Positions 9,558-18,902 of a DNA stretch of 64,000 nt are shown here, one piece after another. This stretch comes from Longimicrobiales bacterium. Its GTDB lineage: Bacteria > Gemmatimonadota > Gemmatimonadetes > Longimicrobiales > RSA9. The position numbers and the translations under genes are program-made. The stretch covers positions 18,368-82,367 of the forward strand of contig DATHUY010000004.1 of the NCBI GenBank assembly GCA_035461765.1, in the 5' to 3' direction. The notes beneath the pieces are model-generated. The model was not told the origin of the DNA, did no database searches, and worked only from the letters and a program-made list of their open reading frames with translations. Positions within the stretch are counted from its first letter, which is position 1, and each line of letters begins with the position of its first letter.

Positions 9558-10541
9558 ATGATTCGTGAAGCGGAGTGGATCTGGCGCGACGGCAAGGTGA
9601 TACAGTGGCGCGACGCCAACGTTCACCTGCTGTCCCTCGCGGTGCAGTTCGGCTCGTCCGTGTTCGAGGGCGTCCGCTGCTACGACACGCCGCGCGGACC
9701 GGCGATCTTCCGCTGGTCCGAACACCTGCGCCGCCTGTACGATTCCTGCCGCATCTACCGCATGGAGCCGAAGTGGTCGGCCGGGGAGCTGACCGCTGCC
9801 ACCGCGGATCTCATCGTTCGCAACGGTCTGGACTCGTGCTACATCCGGCCCATGGTGCTGCGCGGCTACGGCGACGCGGGCATGCTGCCCGGCGTCTCAC
9901 CGGTGGAGACATTCATCGCGTGCTGGCCGTGGGGTACCTACCTGGGCGATGGCGCGCTCGAGAACGGCGTCGACGTCTGCGTTTCGACGTGGCAGCGGCC
10001 GGCGCCCAACACGTTCCCCGCCCTCGCCAAGGCGGCCGGCCACTACAACAACGCGCAGCTGATCAAGATGGAGGCGGCCGAGAACGGCTATGTCGAGGCG
10101 ATCGCGCTCGCGCCGAACGGGCTCGTGAGCGAGGGCAGCGGGCAGAACGTGTTCCTCGTGCGCGACGGTGTGCTGCGCACCACCGGAGTGGATGGCACGA
10201 TCCTGAACGGTATCACACGCGCCTCGATCATCACGCTCGCGCGTGACCTCGGCATCACGGTCGAGCAGGGCGCCATTCCGCGCGAGATGCTGTACACTGC
10301 CGACGAGGCCTTCTTCACGGGGACGGCCGCCGAGGTGACGCCGATCCGGAGCGTGGACCGTATCACGGTCGGCGCCGGCAAAGCGGGCCCGGTCACGCGG
10401 GCGTTGCAGCAGAAGTTCCTCGACATCGTTCACGGTCGCGTGCCGGACGAGCACGGCTGGCTCACGTACGTGGCGGATGCGGCGGATAGTGACGCCACGC
10501 GCGACGCCGGCGCGGCCACTGAGCCGCAGGCGGCGCGGTGA
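9558..10541 (+). CDS. ilvE: branched-chain amino acid aminotransferase
   Basis: Lies in ORF 9513..10541 with ATG at 9558. Sequence is MIREAEWIWRDGKVIQWRDANVHLLSLAVQFGSSVFEGVRCY..; the PLP fold type IV pattern (KAAGHYNNAQL, EGSGQNVF, GITR, FFTGTAAEVTPI) is present. Confidence 0.9.
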   Translation: MIREAEWIWRDGKVIQWRDANVHLLSLAVQFGSSVFEGVRCYDTPRGPAIFRWSEHLRRLYDSCRIYRMEPKWSAGELTAATADLIVRNGLDSCYIRPMVLRGYGDAGMLPGVSPVETFIACWPWGTYLGDGALENGVDVCVSTWQRPAPNTFPALAKAAGHYNNAQLIKMEAAENGYVEAIALAPNGLVSEGSGQNVFLVRDGVLRTTGVDGTILNGITRASIITLARDLGITVEQGAIPREMLYTADEAFFTGTAAEVTPIRSVDRITVGAGKAGPVTRALQQKFLDIVHGRVPDEHGWLTYVADAADSDATRDAGAATEPQAAR

Positions 10542-11446
10542 GAATCGCATCCTTCCTGGCCAGCGGCACGGAGATCTGCGTCGCGCTCGGTCTGCAGGAG
10601 TCGGTGGTCGCGATCTCGCACGAGTGCGACTGGCCGCCGGACGTGCTCGACCGTCCGCGTCTCAGCCGCCCGCGTTTCGATCCGGCGGGCCTGAGCAGCG
10701 GCGAGATCGACAGGGCGCTGCGTCACGCGATGCAGGAGCACGGCAGCGTCTACGAGATCGACGAGGACCTCCTGACACAGCTCGCGCCCGATATCGTCCT
10801 GACGCAGGCGGTCTGCGAAGTCTGTGCAGTGCCGACGCCCGGCGTACGCGAATTGATTGCGCGACGTGAGTTGCCTGCGCAGGTCGTGTCCCTCGATGCG
10901 CATACAGTGCGCGATATCCTCGACAGCATAGTGCAGGTCGGCGCGGTGACGGGCACGTCAGGCGAGGCGGCGGACGTGGTTGCGGACATCGAGGCGCGGA
11001 TCGAACGCGTGAGGCAGGCGGTGGCGTCCGCAGCCCGGCCGCGCGTGCTCGCACTGGAGTGGCTGGACCCGCCGTTCGCGCCCGGTCACTGGGTGCCGGA
11101 GATGATCGATCTGGCCGGCGGCGCGAACCTCGTCGGCACGGCCGGCTCTCACTCGACGGAGACGACGTGGGAAGCGCTCGGCGGGCTCGACCCCGACGTG
11201 CTCCTGATCATGCCGTGCGGCTACGGCCTCGAGGCAACGAAACGCGACGCCGAGTCCGCCCGCGAGCGACTGCATGATGCAGCACCGCGCGCGATTGACT
11301 CGCGGCATGCATTCGTCGTCGATGGCTCCGCATACTTCAATCGCAGCGGCCCCCGCTTCATCAACGGCATCGAGATCCTCGCCGGCCTGCTGCATCCCGA
11401 GTTGTTTGCCGCACCGCCGGACGATACCGCGGAAATCTGGACCTGA
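10538..11446 (+). CDS. periplasmic-binding-protein fold (cobalamin/siderophore-binding family) protein, no signal peptide
   Basis: GTG start at 10538 overlaps the ilvE stop (GTGA). MRIASFLASGTEICVALGLQESVVAISHECDWP and ...DPDVLLIMPCGY resemble BtuF-like class III binding proteins. Confidence 0.65.
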   Translation: MRIASFLASGTEICVALGLQESVVAISHECDWPPDVLDRPRLSRPRFDPAGLSSGEIDRALRHAMQEHGSVYEIDEDLLTQLAPDIVLTQAVCEVCAVPTPGVRELIARRELPAQVVSLDAHTVRDILDSIVQVGAVTGTSGEAADVVADIEARIERVRQAVASAARPRVLALEWLDPPFAPGHWVPEMIDLAGGANLVGTAGSHSTETTWEALGGLDPDVLLIMPCGYGLEATKRDAESARERLHDAAPRAIDSRHAFVVDGSAYFNRSGPRFINGIEILAGLLHPELFAAPPDDTAEIWT

Positions 11447-11460
11447 ACCAGGGAACGCTC

Positions 11461-13164
11461 ATGTCGCTCGACCGTCGCACGTTCATGGCGTACTTCGGCA
11501 CTGCCGGTCTCTCCACCACTCTGCTGCCCGGCGTGCTGTGGGGCATGGCGCAGGAGCAGGAGACGGTCACGAAGGAGATGGTCGCCCAGGCTGAGGCGAT
11601 CGCCGGCCTCGAGTTCACGGACGAGGAGCGCGAGGACATCGCGCGCGGACTCTCACGCAGCGTCCGCAATTACGAGCGTCTCCGCGAGGTGCGACTGCCG
11701 AATGCGGTTCCACCCGCCGTGCAGTTCGATCCCGTCCTGCCAGGCATGAGTCTGCCTTCCGAGCGGCGCCCGATACGATACACGCGTGAATCCGCGGTAC
11801 GTCGGCCGGCGAACCTGGAGGAGGTGGCGTTCTGGCCGGTCACGAAGCTGGCGGAGCTTGTGCGGTCGCGGCAGGTGCTGCCGAGTGAGCTGACGGAGAT
11901 GTACCTCGCGCGGATCAGACGCTACGATCCACAGCTGCACGCCGTCGTGACACTGACGGCGGACCGTGCTCGCGCGCAGGCCGCGCGGCTCGACGCGGAG
12001 CTGCACGAGGGCGAGTATCGCGGACCGCTACACGGAATCCCCTGGGGCGCGAAGGATCTGCTCGCAACGCGAGGCTATCCGACGACGTGGGGTGCGTCAC
12101 CGTATCGCGAGCAGGTGCTCGACCTGGACGCGACCGTAGTCGAGCGCCTCGACGCGGCCGGCGCCGTGCTCATTGCCAAGCTCACGATGGGAGCACTCGC
12201 GCAGGGCGATCGCTGGTTTGGCGGCATGACGAGAAACCCGTGGAATCCCGAGGAGGGCTCGAGCGGCTCCTCGGCAGGGCCCGGGTCGGCGACGGCGGCA
12301 GGTCTGGTCGGCTTCGCGATCGGCACTGAGACACTCGGGTCCATCGTGTCGCCCGCCACGCGCAACGGCGTGACCGGCCTGCGCCCCACGTTCGGCCGGG
12401 TCAGCCGTCACGGTGCCATGGCACTGTCGTGGAGCATGGACAAGATCGGTCCGATGTGCAGGAGCGTGGAGGACTGCGCGCTCGTGCTCGATGCGATACA
12501 CGGAGCGGACGGTCACGATCCCGTCGTGCGCGATGTGCCGTTCAACTGGGACGCGGAACGCCCGCTCTCCGAGATCCGCATTGGCTGGTTCCGTTCGGCG
12601 TTCGAGCGCACGAACGATGAAGGTGAGCGCAACGAGTTCGACGCGGCCGCGCTCGCCGCGATGCGGCACATCGTCCCGAACATGATCGAGGTCGAGCTGC
12701 CTGTCGACGAGTACCCGCTCCAGGCGGTCTCCGGATCCGTCCTCGGTGTCGAGGCCGCCGCCGCGTTCGACGAGCTGACGCGCAGCAACCGCGACGAGCT
12801 GCTCGTGCCGGAGCCGGAACGCAGCTCCTGGCCGGGCACGTTCCGCAATGCACGGTTCGTCCCCGCCGTCGAATACATCAATGCCAATCGTGTTCGGACT
12901 CTCGTCATGGAAGCGATGGACAGGGCATTGCGCGACGTCGATGTGATCATCACACCGAACAACATCCTGCTGCTCACCAACCTGACGGGACACCCGCAGG
13001 TGTCGATGCCCGCGGGCTTCACCGACCGCAGGGACGCGCGCGTGCCCGTCAGCGCCCAGTTCATCGGCAGGCTCTTCGGCGAGGCTGACATGCTGCGTGT
13101 GGCGAAAGCGTGGCAGGATGCCACGGGGCATCATCTCGAGGTGCCGCCTGCCTTCGCGATGTGA
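11461..13164 (+). CDS. amidase (amidase-signature family), Tat-type signal
   Basis: MSLDRRTFMAYFGTAGLSTTLLPGV is Tat-like. AS-signature region is GSSGSSAGPGSATAAGLVGFAIGTETLGSIVSPA, with GIPWGAKDL upstream. Confidence 0.88.
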   Translation: MSLDRRTFMAYFGTAGLSTTLLPGVLWGMAQEQETVTKEMVAQAEAIAGLEFTDEEREDIARGLSRSVRNYERLREVRLPNAVPPAVQFDPVLPGMSLPSERRPIRYTRESAVRRPANLEEVAFWPVTKLAELVRSRQVLPSELTEMYLARIRRYDPQLHAVVTLTADRARAQAARLDAELHEGEYRGPLHGIPWGAKDLLATRGYPTTWGASPYREQVLDLDATVVERLDAAGAVLIAKLTMGALAQGDRWFGGMTRNPWNPEEGSSGSSAGPGSATAAGLVGFAIGTETLGSIVSPATRNGVTGLRPTFGRVSRHGAMALSWSMDKIGPMCRSVEDCALVLDAIHGADGHDPVVRDVPFNWDAERPLSEIRIGWFRSAFERTNDEGERNEFDAAALAAMRHIVPNMIEVELPVDEYPLQAVSGSVLGVEAAAAFDELTRSNRDELLVPEPERSSWPGTFRNARFVPAVEYINANRVRTLVMEAMDRALRDVDVIITPNNILLLTNLTGHPQVSMPAGFTDRRDARVPVSAQFIGRLFGEADMLRVAKAWQDATGHHLEVPPAFAM

Positions 13165-13221
13165 TACCGGCCGGGGCGTACCGCGCACGTATACCATGAC
13201 GCCTCCGGCTCCGGTCACACG

Positions 13222-13881
13222 ATGAACGAGCATCACATCACCGTACGTCGCACTGCCCGGTATTACAGCCTCGGCGATCCCGCTGCGCCCGAGGTGTGGA
13301 TCGCATGTCACGGATACGCGCAGCTGGCGCGCTACTTCCTGCGATCGTTCGTGCCGCTCGATGATGGCAGCCGCTGCATCATCGCACCTGAAGCGCTCAA
13401 CCGGTACTACTACGAGACCGCGCCGGGCGTGCACACCGGCGATGCGCGCATCAGTGCCACCTGGATGACGCGCGAGGACCGCGAGCACGAGATCGAGGAC
13501 TACATCGCCTACCTCGACACGCTCACTGCGCACGTGATCAACGGCACGGCCAGGCGCGTCATTGCGCTCGGGTTCTCGCAGGGCGCCGCCACGGTGTCGC
13601 GCTGGGCGGCGTGCGGCACGGCCCGTATCGACCACGTCATCCTGTGGGGCAGCCCGCTGCCGCCGGAGCTGGAGCCGTCGCCATCACTTCTGCGCGGCGC
13701 GTCCCTGACGATCGCCGTCGGTGAATCCGACCGTCAGATCACCCCCGGCGAGATCGATCGACAGGACCGACGACTGCGGAATGGCGGTCTGGAGTACGAC
13801 CTGATCAGGTATGCCGGAGGCCACCGCGTCGAGCCGCACGCCCTGCGCGACGTAGCGGCTTCGCTGCCACCGCAGTCATGA
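13222..13881 (+). CDS. alpha/beta hydrolase (carboxylesterase/phospholipase-like)
   Basis: 219-aa ORF with GFSQGAA nucleophile elbow and C-terminal GGHRV histidine region. Confidence 0.7.
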   Translation: MNEHHITVRRTARYYSLGDPAAPEVWIACHGYAQLARYFLRSFVPLDDGSRCIIAPEALNRYYYETAPGVHTGDARISATWMTREDREHEIEDYIAYLDTLTAHVINGTARRVIALGFSQGAATVSRWAACGTARIDHVILWGSPLPPELEPSPSLLRGASLTIAVGESDRQITPGEIDRQDRRLRNGGLEYDLIRYAGGHRVEPHALRDVAASLPPQS

Positions 13882-13966
13882 CGCGAGGTACACCACCGTG
13901 CCGCGATGGGAAAAGGATGGCTTAACCCGGACCGGCAGAAGATTGGCCGCGCACGAAGAACTGAAC

Positions 13967-14036
13967 ATGCCCGTGCCCATGCCCGTAAACGTGTGCGTGC
14001 GCCTTCCACATGCCCGTGCCCGTGCCCACGCCCATG
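13967..14036. repeat. Two arrays of 6-nt periodic units (RTGCCC)n in a convergent intergenic gap
   Basis: ATGCCC GTGCCC ATGCCC GT (13967-13986) and ATGCCC GTGCCC GTGCCC ACGCCC ATG (14010-14036), between the esterase stop (13881) and the DDAH stop (14087). Same 6-nt periodic design as the GGGAGC/GGGATC elements, but with no opposing arm. Confidence 0.6.
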
Positions 14037-14086
14037 ACAACCTGACACCAATTCCTGATCCCCGGCACCGGATACCGTAAACCTGC

Positions 14087-14914
14087 CTAACTGGCGACGT
14101 CGAAGACGATGCTGCAGCACGTCACGCCGCCTTCCGCCTTTGCCAGTTCGGACACGTCGACGCCCAGCACATCGATGCCCGCCTCGCGCAGTAGTCGCGC
14201 CGTCTGTTCGAAGGCTGCCGGGTATATCACGCGCTCACCGATCAGCAGTGCGTTCGCAGCGAACGGCTCGTCCCGGGCGATCTCCAGGGTTCGCATCCCG
14301 TCGAAACACGATGGATCGACCCACTGCGTGTTGATGAGCAGCAGGTCAGGGGCAATCGCGGTAACGGCGGTCTTGAGGTGGAGGCAGCCGGTCGGCCGGA
14401 CGGCAGCGACGCGGTATCCGAGCGGCGCCACAGTTTCCCGCAGCCATGCGACGCCGTCGTCGCTGGTGCGGCCTGAGGTGCCGACGTACAGCGTGCGGCC
14501 GATGCGGAGCACATCGCCGCCGTCCAGTGCGGCCGGACCCGGCATCTGCACGACCGTCCGGTGTCGAGTGAGCTCTCCTGCAACGGCCGCGGTCTCCGCG
14601 CGTCGCGTTGCTGCGCCAGGTCTGGTAACGATGGCGACTTCGTCGAGCACGAGCGCTGTGTCCTCGACGAACACAGCGTCGGGCAGATGGTCCGCCGCCG
14701 CCACCTCGATCACATGACAGCCCACTTCAGCCAGCGCCCGTACGTACTCGGCGTGCTGTGCGCGCGCGCGCGCGATGTCGATCGGCTCGCGCTCCAGATG
14801 CGTCAGCTCGCACGCCGCCATTGTCTCGCTTACCGGCCGGGTCAGTGCGATGAGGCGGCCTGCCGACGCCTGTGCCGCGGACGCCGGCTGTGCGCCGCGG
14901 CCGGCGGGACTCAT
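14087..14914 (-). CDS. DDAH/amidinotransferase-fold (guanidino-group-modifying) enzyme
   Basis: Lies in ORF 14087..14950. ATG at 14914 shares ATGA with the upstream gene's stop (plus-strand tcat 14911-14914). DDAH-like pattern: PDAVFVEDTALV, DGGDVLRIGRTLYVGTSGRTS, CLHLKTAVT, and a C-terminal AEGGVTCCSIVF catalytic-Cys context. Confidence 0.82.
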   Translation of the reverse strand: MSPAGRGAQPASAAQASAGRLIALTRPVSETMAACELTHLEREPIDIARARAQHAEYVRALAEVGCHVIEVAAADHLPDAVFVEDTALVLDEVAIVTRPGAATRRAETAAVAGELTRHRTVVQMPGPAALDGGDVLRIGRTLYVGTSGRTSDDGVAWLRETVAPLGYRVAAVRPTGCLHLKTAVTAIAPDLLLINTQWVDPSCFDGMRTLEIARDEPFAANALLIGERVIYPAAFEQTARLLREAGIDVLGVDVSELAKAEGGVTCCSIVFDVAS

Positions 14915-17900
14915 GGAGTCGGGGTGACGGTCAGGCTCCGACCCTGCCACGGCTCATTGCTCAGCAGGCAGTCGGCCAGCTCGCGATAGACTTCGCGCAG
15001 CGCGCGACGGAGCGCCGTCTCGGACTCGGCGTGCGGCTCGAGTCGAGCCCGGATCCGCTCCGACAGTGTACCCTGCGCGATGATCTGCTCGATGAGCGGC
15101 AGATAGCCGCTGTCGCCTTCCTCCACTGCGGCATAGGACCGCTCGAGCAGACTGCGCAGCACGGTCGTGACACCGACGCCGGGGCCGTCCGTGATGCCCG
15201 TGATATGCGGCGCACGCACGAGGGCGCGGCTGCCGTCGCGTACGCACTCGTGGAAGTCCGCAACGAGCGTGTCGGAGGGCGGTGGCGTGATGGTGCCGGC
15301 CAGCACCTCGGTGGTCAGCTGACGCAGCGCCGCACGCGTGAACACGGCGATCGCGACATCCATGCGGACGCACTCCTGCGTGTCGATCACGCGCACCTCC
15401 AGCGCGCGCCGTGCGAACCGCAGGACCGCGCCGCGGCTGTTCAGAAACTCGTGCCGGATCGACGATGAGTGCGGGAACCGGTCGAGCGCGGCGTACATCG
15501 GATGCAGGATGTCGCGTCGGTATCCGGCAAAGCTGTCGACGTACTCCGGCACGATCCGCCCGCAGGTCTCCGGGATCCGCGACTGGTGCTGGAGAATCCA
15601 GCCGAGCCGGCCATCGACGAACGACTGGAGCCGGCCATCATGAACGGGTGAGCTCGCGGCTATCGCTGGCAGATAGGGAACGAGCATGGCCGCCGCCGTA
15701 TGCATGGCCATTGTCTCGCGCTCACTGCCGAACGGCAGGTTGAGATGCGTTGCATGCACGTTCATCCAGCCGTGCGTCCGGATGTCGAAGATCTGCGCGT
15801 AAGTCGTATAGATGCGCAGGCCCGAGCGCGTCCACAGGCGACCGTCCTGCGGATCGAACCACGGATGCATTGCAGTGGGGAGCAGGCGGGCGCCCCATTC
15901 CTGCTGGAGCACCTCCGAGAAGCGCCGGATCCCGCTGACGATCGCCTCGTCCGCATCGCGCAGCGAGCGCACCGGCTCCAGCGTCTTCACCTCGAACACG
16001 TGATCGGCAATCTCGTTCGAGAACCCGACGCGGTCGAGCTCGATGTCGCTGGTGCCGCGACCCGCAATTGCCCGAAACGCGGGCTCCACCAGCGCAACCA
16101 CATCGAGGTCCTCGTCGACCGTCGGATACTCCAGCTCCAGGCCCGCGACCTCGAACAGCTGGTACTGAGGCGCTTCGCGGCGCGCGTCCGCCGGCCGCCG
16201 TGCACCGCCGCTGCCCCCGCTGCTTGCAACGGCACCGCCACCCGTGCCGGACTGACCACTGACGGCGGACCGTCCACGTTTCGACGCGGCCGCCGCGTCC
16301 GACGCGCGCGGCGGTTCTGCGCGCGCTGACATGCCATTGCTGTCGTACCGCTCGGCTTCGAGGGTAGCGACGGCGCCTTGCACGTCCGACGTGTCTCCGT
16401 CCGCCGCTCCCGCTGCAGCCGTGCCGGCACGGGACCGGCCCGCGCCGGTTCGCGTCCGTGCGCGGCCGCGTGCACGTGCGGCCGTTGCCGATGCCGGGCG
16501 CCTCGGCGCTTCCGCCTCCTCTTCGATGCGACGCAGGAAGAACCGGATGATGTCCTCGTAGATGGTGTCGCCGTCGATGGCGTCCTCGTAGTCAGCGTCG
16601 AGATTCGGGTTGTCGTTCACCTCGATGACGACGGGTCCGTTCGCTGTCTCCTTCAGGTCGACGCCATATATGCCGCGGCCGATGAGGCGAGCGGCGCGCA
16701 GTGCGACATCGACGATGGCGGCGGGTGCCTCATCACGGGCGACGGCTTCCACCTTGCCATACCGCTCGACGCCGCCCTCCTCCGTGCGGATCTGCCAGTG
16801 GTCGCGCGCCATGTAGTAGCGTGCGGCAAACAGGAGCTGGCCGTCGAGCACCGTGATGCGCCAGTCGAAGCCGGTGGGCAGCCACTCCTGCGCGATCAGC
16901 AGCGGCGAGTGCGCGAGCAGCTCACCCGCGCGCTGCTCGTAATCCTCGCGTGTCGCAATCTTGTGAACACCGGCCGAGAACGAGCCGTCGGGCGACTTGA
17001 TGACGAACGGCAGGCCGAGCTCCTCGAGCATCGACCACGGCGAGTGCTGCGTGATGATGCGCGTCTTCGGCAGCGGCAGACCCTCGCGCCGCAACAGCTC
17101 CTCGAGGAAAACCTTGTTGCCGCACCGGATGATCGACTGCGAATCGTCGATCACGGGCATATCGAGCGCTTCCGCGCGCAGTGCGAACTGAAACGATGGG
17201 AGCGTGACACCCGTGAGCGACCGGATGAACAGTGCGTCGTATTCCGGCAGTCGCCTCAGCTCCGACGCGTCGATACGTGCGACGTGCACGTTCATCGTGG
17301 CCGCGACCTGCTCCAGGCGGTCGATCGTCTCCGTGCTCGATGCCGTGAACGGGTCGGCCGGGTCGAGCAGCACGGCGATCGAGGCGCGGATCGTATCCCG
17401 CTCCACCGTCCCGCCACGCCGGAGTGCCGGCACGTCGCCGGTCACCGCGTCCACGAGCTGCCGGCGCTGCTCGTCGTCGAGCGTGTCCGGCGACGCGGGC
17501 ATCACGCCCGCGACCTTCCACAGCGACTGCTCGCGCACCACGCGTATGCGGAGCAGCGGTGCCGGCCAGACGCGGTACACGCCTGCGGCGATCGCCTGGA
17601 ACCGCGGGTCCGGCGTCGTGCCGATGCACGCGATGATGTCCTCGACCTCGTCATCGCCGGCCGGGCGGCAGTGGCCGTTCTCGCGGATGAGCGGCAGCGG
17701 GCCGAACCCTTCCGCCGCGGCATCGCTGTCCTCGTCCCACGAAATACCGGCGCGCCGCCAGCGCACGGCCATCTCGCCGGCATCGAGCGTGGCGATGCCT
17801 GCCTCCTGGAGCGCACGGAAGCGCGAATACGGCTCGGCCAGGCCGGCACTGGTCTCCAGCCGCGGCAGGACCTGCTGTCCGCGCGCGTCCGCCAGCAGCG

Positions 17901-18111
17901 ACACGTAATAGCCGTCGCTGCCATAGCCGAGAGTGCGACACAGGTTGATGATGAGGGTATTGGGGTCGGCGGCCGTTTCGCCCGCCTCGATGTAGCCCTG
18001 CGCAGTCGTCACCAGCGCATCCGGAACGCCGTCGGCATCACCTCGTTCGGTGACGACGACGAGCACACGTCTTCGGCTCAAGCAGACTCCTCGTGATCTT
18101 CCGCCGGCCAC
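14911..18111 (-). CDS. Fusion protein: N-terminal RimK-associated domain + RimK-type ATP-grasp ligase + low-complexity linker + GCS2/YbdK-type carboxylate-amine ligase
   Basis: 1066-aa ORF. ATP-grasp region: LPFVIKSPDGSFSAGVHKI, LIAQEWLPTGFDWRITVLDGQLLFAARYY, YGVDLKETANGPVVIEVNDNPN. About 110 aa of A/G/R/S-rich linker follow. The GCS2-like half starts FEVAGLELEYPTVDEDL and includes HATHLNLPF. The start may be a little downstream (e.g. VLVVVTE), because ATG 18111 overlaps the upstream gene's end. Confidence 0.85.
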   Translation of the reverse strand: MAGGRSRGVCLSRRRVLVVVTERGDADGVPDALVTTAQGYIEAGETAADPNTLIINLCRTLGYGSDGYYVSLLADARGQQVLPRLETSAGLAEPYSRFRALQEAGIATLDAGEMAVRWRRAGISWDEDSDAAAEGFGPLPLIRENGHCRPAGDDEVEDIIACIGTTPDPRFQAIAAGVYRVWPAPLLRIRVVREQSLWKVAGVMPASPDTLDDEQRRQLVDAVTGDVPALRRGGTVERDTIRASIAVLLDPADPFTASSTETIDRLEQVAATMNVHVARIDASELRRLPEYDALFIRSLTGVTLPSFQFALRAEALDMPVIDDSQSIIRCGNKVFLEELLRREGLPLPKTRIITQHSPWSMLEELGLPFVIKSPDGSFSAGVHKIATREDYEQRAGELLAHSPLLIAQEWLPTGFDWRITVLDGQLLFAARYYMARDHWQIRTEEGGVERYGKVEAVARDEAPAAIVDVALRAARLIGRGIYGVDLKETANGPVVIEVNDNPNLDADYEDAIDGDTIYEDIIRFFLRRIEEEAEAPRRPASATAARARGRARTRTGAGRSRAGTAAAGAADGDTSDVQGAVATLEAERYDSNGMSARAEPPRASDAAAASKRGRSAVSGQSGTGGGAVASSGGSGGARRPADARREAPQYQLFEVAGLELEYPTVDEDLDVVALVEPAFRAIAGRGTSDIELDRVGFSNEIADHVFEVKTLEPVRSLRDADEAIVSGIRRFSEVLQQEWGARLLPTAMHPWFDPQDGRLWTRSGLRIYTTYAQIFDIRTHGWMNVHATHLNLPFGSERETMAMHTAAAMLVPYLPAIAASSPVHDGRLQSFVDGRLGWILQHQSRIPETCGRIVPEYVDSFAGYRRDILHPMYAALDRFPHSSSIRHEFLNSRGAVLRFARRALEVRVIDTQECVRMDVAIAVFTRAALRQLTTEVLAGTITPPPSDTLVADFHECVRDGSRALVRAPHITGITDGPGVGVTTVLRSLLERSYAAVEEGDSGYLPLIEQIIAQGTLSERIRARLEPHAESETALRRALREVYRELADCLLSNEPWQGRSLTVTPTP

Positions 18112-18902
18112 AGCTCGAGCAGCACGGCGTCATACGTCACATCGCCCAGCAGTATCGAATTGATCAGGCGCTCCGCACTCACGATCAGCCGGCCGTCCGG
18201 CGTCGCCGGTACGTGTTCCGACGGATCGAGCACGGTCAGACGCCGCCCCCACTGATCGTAACCACTCACGACGATGAAGTGGCCGGTCGGCTCACCGGCC
18301 ACGTCGTCATCGACAAGTTTTCCGTCTACTTCGTCCCAGCGCTCGCGCGCGAAGCCGTACAGATACGTCGCCGACAGTCCGGCGAGCACCGGATGGCCGC
18401 GATCGATGATGGACTTGAGCAGCGCCGGCGTCAGCTCATCGAACGCCAGCTCGCCGCCCTTTTCCAGGTACCTCACGTATGCAACGGCCGCGCCCCGGCG
18501 CTTGGAATCCGTCAGATACGGCGAGCGCGCGCGGATCTTCCTGATCAGCTCCTCGCGCGGCAGATGGGTCCAGGTCGGATCGAAGATCTGCAGGTCGTAG
18601 GAGTAGATGCGGGCACGCAGGCCCCGTCGCATCGCGGCCATGCCGAGGAACACCGCGAGCGTGCCGCCGTCCTCGTTGCGCTCGATCGCGTCGACTACCG
18701 AGTCCATGTCGATGTCGAAGCCATAGAAGTCGTAGACCTTCCGCAGGCACGTCGGACCGCACGTCACATCGTCCGGCTGCAGGAATCGGTGCACCGGCAG
18801 CTCGCGCGCGATCTCGGTGGCCTCCGTCCTGTCCTCCGTGCGTACGATGAGGCGGCGCAGCTTCGGCCCCTCCGTCGCGAGTACCTCCGGCTTCGTTCCC
18901 AT
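18078..18902 (-). CDS. free-standing C39-like (papain-fold) cysteine peptidase
   Basis: Lies in ORF 18078..19355. ATG at 18902 (plus-strand cat 18900-18902) gives MGTKPEVL. The pattern LQPDDVTCGPTCLRKVYDFYG (Cys), TGHFIVVSGYD (His) and LTVLDPSE (Asp) mirrors C39 bacteriocin-leader peptidase domains. No ABC-transporter portion is present. Confidence 0.75.
   Translation of the reverse strand: MGTKPEVLATEGPKLRRLIVRTEDRTEATEIARELPVHRFLQPDDVTCGPTCLRKVYDFYGFDIDMDSVVDAIERNEDGGTLAVFLGMAAMRRGLRARIYSYDLQIFDPTWTHLPREELIRKIRARSPYLTDSKRRGAAVAYVRYLEKGGELAFDELTPALLKSIIDRGHPVLAGLSATYLYGFARERWDEVDGKLVDDDVAGEPTGHFIVVSGYDQWGRRLTVLDPSEHVPATPDGRLIVSAERLINSILLGDVTYDAVLLELWPAEDHEESA

Noticed and set aside
12097-13635. 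Long ORFs antisense to well-supported genes. Examples: 12097..13635(-) 512 aa, 30026..32392(-) 788 aa, 34939..36768(-) 609 aa, 16378..18096(+) 572 aa, 39163..40578(-), 54034..55551(-), 58014..59621(-), 6106..7236(-), 20739..22010(-), 22960..24396(-), 28206..29426(-), 43601..44785(-), 3761..4684(-).
   Set aside because: Their translations are Arg/Ala/Pro/His-rich with no recognisable motifs. They lie opposite genes with clear family signatures. This is the usual stop-codon-poor antisense frame of a high-GC genome.
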